Positions 62,537-64,000 of a DNA stretch of 64,000 nucleotides are shown here, piece by piece (the stretch's first letter is position 1; every line of letters starts with the position of its first letter). This DNA comes from Raillietiella orientalis (taxonomy: Eukaryota). The notes under the pieces are model-generated. The model was not told the origin of the DNA. It did no database searches and was given only the letters and a program-made list of their open reading frames with translations. The translations under genes and the position numbers were made by a program. The stretch covers positions 558,001-622,000 of the forward strand of contig JAYWIR010000033.1 in assembly GCA_036172245.1 (NCBI GenBank). Direction: 5' to 3'.

Positions 62537-63131
62537 TTACGAATCTTGGTTTATTTCATCAAAAAATGGGGAAATGGGTGACAATGAGGAATCAGGCGAG
62601 TCGCGGGCTTGCGCTGTACTAGGGCTTGAAGTGCAAGCCCAAGGGAGAATGGTTTCATCATGGATCATCATCATCCAATCGGTTAATTTACTGGAACTAG
62701 ATGTGGATATATCTCTGACAACCCATCTATCAGAACTCATCTTATCATAGTTGGGTTCACAATTACTGAAAACCATATGTGGTGGCTGGAAGTATTTTAT
62801 AGAGCCTTGATACTTGGAATCGAATATAATGCCATTTTTTAGACTCTCTATGAAGCCGTATTTCACGTGTTCCATGTTGTCCTTGGTGAGGTCGACTACA
62901 ATGATCCTTTCCCCGTTGTATATGTGAGCGGCGTCAGCTGTTTTGCAAGAGTGCATGTATATTGCTCCCTTTTTAAGATGTAGGAATGTGGCCATAGTTG
63001 TTCTGCCAATTTCTCCGATTGGGTCAAAGAACCAATGGATCTTGCGGTTGTCTGGATTATGACGTATGAGTTTGAGGATATCCATTTGCCCTGTTCGAAG
63101 TTGATGATTGGCGATGGGGTTGGGGTGTGCT
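62537..63131 (-). pseudogene. rep: Rep SF3 helicase half (nanovirus/alphasatellite-like motifs)
   Basis: WFFDPIGEIGRTT (Walker A, K to R), IIVVDLTK (Walker B), YGFIESLKNG, DSKY, VFSN (motif C), KMSSDRW. Confidence 0.88.
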
Positions 63132-63169
63132 GATAGATCTTAGTGGAGGAGTTGTAGATTTCGAACGAA

Positions 63170-63350
63170 TGCGTGGTCCATCTGTTTGGCGTTCTCGCGC
63201 GAATGCGCTGGGAATTCCGTGCCGCTCTCAAACAATATGGTACCGTTCACGCGCAGCAGTTCAAGCCTTCTGTGGATTTTACTGTACATCAGTGCGAACT
63301 CTCGGCCACGCGTATTTGACTCGTACCCTGGAATCGGCTCGTACGGAGAT
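63170..63350 (+). mobile_element. Short LINE ORF1-like fragment between two viral units
   Basis: VVHLFGVLARMRWEFRAALKQYGTVHAQQFKPS resembles VVHLSGVTAGMRNEQLRAALGKEGTVHAVWNKPS (ORF 21600-21803). Confidence 0.55.
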
Positions 63351-63364
63351 GAATGCGAAGGTGA

Positions 63365-64000
63365 TACCATTTTTTAGTGTTTTTATGAAACCGTATTGCA
63401 CGATTTCCTGGTTATCTCTGGTGAGATCTACCACAATGATGCGTTCTCCGTTGTAAATGTGTGCGGCGTCTGCTTTCTTGCATGAATGCATGTAAATAGC
63501 CTTTTTTTTTTTGAGATATAAAAACTTGGCGAAGGTGGGTTTGCCGTTTCCTCCGACTGGATCATAATACCAGTAAATTTTGGGGTTGTCTGGTTCAGAT
63601 CGTATTAGTTTAAGTATGTCCATTTGCCGGCTGCGCAATTGTAAGTTTGCCATCGGATTTGGGTGGTTTCTGCTTCGTGTTAACCTGAAGCATTCTTTAA
63701 CGAAATTGATGTTTTTGCTGTAAAATTTAATATGGCTTTGTAGGATATCTAGTTCTGATGCTCCGTTTTGGATTAGTTGTAGTATCTTGGGTAGAATAAA
63801 GTAATTAAGTAATTTAATTTTGCTTACCATGTCTTGGTAGTCGTTTGTTTCGTTTTGTTCTTGTATCATGCCAAATGTCCGCGCTTGGTGGTCCTCTTTG
63901 GTGCAGCACCGTAAGTTGCTACGTGGACTGCCTTTTGCCTTTTCCAAGTGTGCCTTTTGGAAAGGTGTTCTTTTTAAACTGTGCTGTGTTCTGGGATCCT
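63365..64000 (-). pseudogene. rep: Additional diverged CRESS Rep, 3' truncated; 5' part runs off the window
   Basis: ORF 63279-63947: EKAKGSPRSNLRCCTKE..RLTRSRNHPNPMANLQLRSRQMDIL..YDPVGGNGKPT..IIVVDLTR..TLKNG. Confidence 0.88.

Larger units (their letters stand above)
60769..63131. mobile_element. Unit-length endogenous CRESS-DNA virus genome (ambisense rep/cap)
   Basis: rep 5' half, origin, cap and rep 3' half, bounded by GGGGTTGGGGTGTGCT at 60769-60784 and 63116-63131. Confidence 0.88.

Noticed and set aside
1..64000. Assigning a host taxon
   Set aside because: Short introns, CpG decay and the element types hint at an invertebrate but are not diagnostic without a search.

Overview
Eukaryotic repeat-rich locus; no intact host gene found. 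(1) 1-37.9 kb: about 16 nested, mostly decayed L1/Tx1-type non-LTR retrotransposon pieces (ORF1 with CCHC knuckles; ORF2 with APE endonuclease, RT and zinc finger) from several families in both orientations. Family letters A-E are my own labels. Target-site duplications are readable and insertion recurs at homologous sites inside other LINEs. (2) 37.9-42.6 kb: an R2/NeSL/Utopia-type RLE retroelement plus a second 3' fragment whose tail is fused antisense to a 28S rDNA fragment about 15 nt upstream of the R2 site. (3) 43.6-44.3 kb and 60.8-64 kb: endogenous CRESS-DNA virus sequences, including a unit-length (~2347 nt) genome with rep, a TAGTATTAC stem-loop origin and cap, opened inside rep and bounded by a 16-bp direct repeat. 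(4) 44.3-59.7 kb: a large diverged inverted repeat carrying RFC1-like remnants, whose spacer is a patchwork of 100-300 bp Rickettsiales-like gene fragments (rpoB, yebC, grpE, relA/spoT, PDH lipoyl domain, ligA, traD). All homology calls come from manual translation and motif recall, not database searches. Boundaries are approximate unless a junction is quoted.
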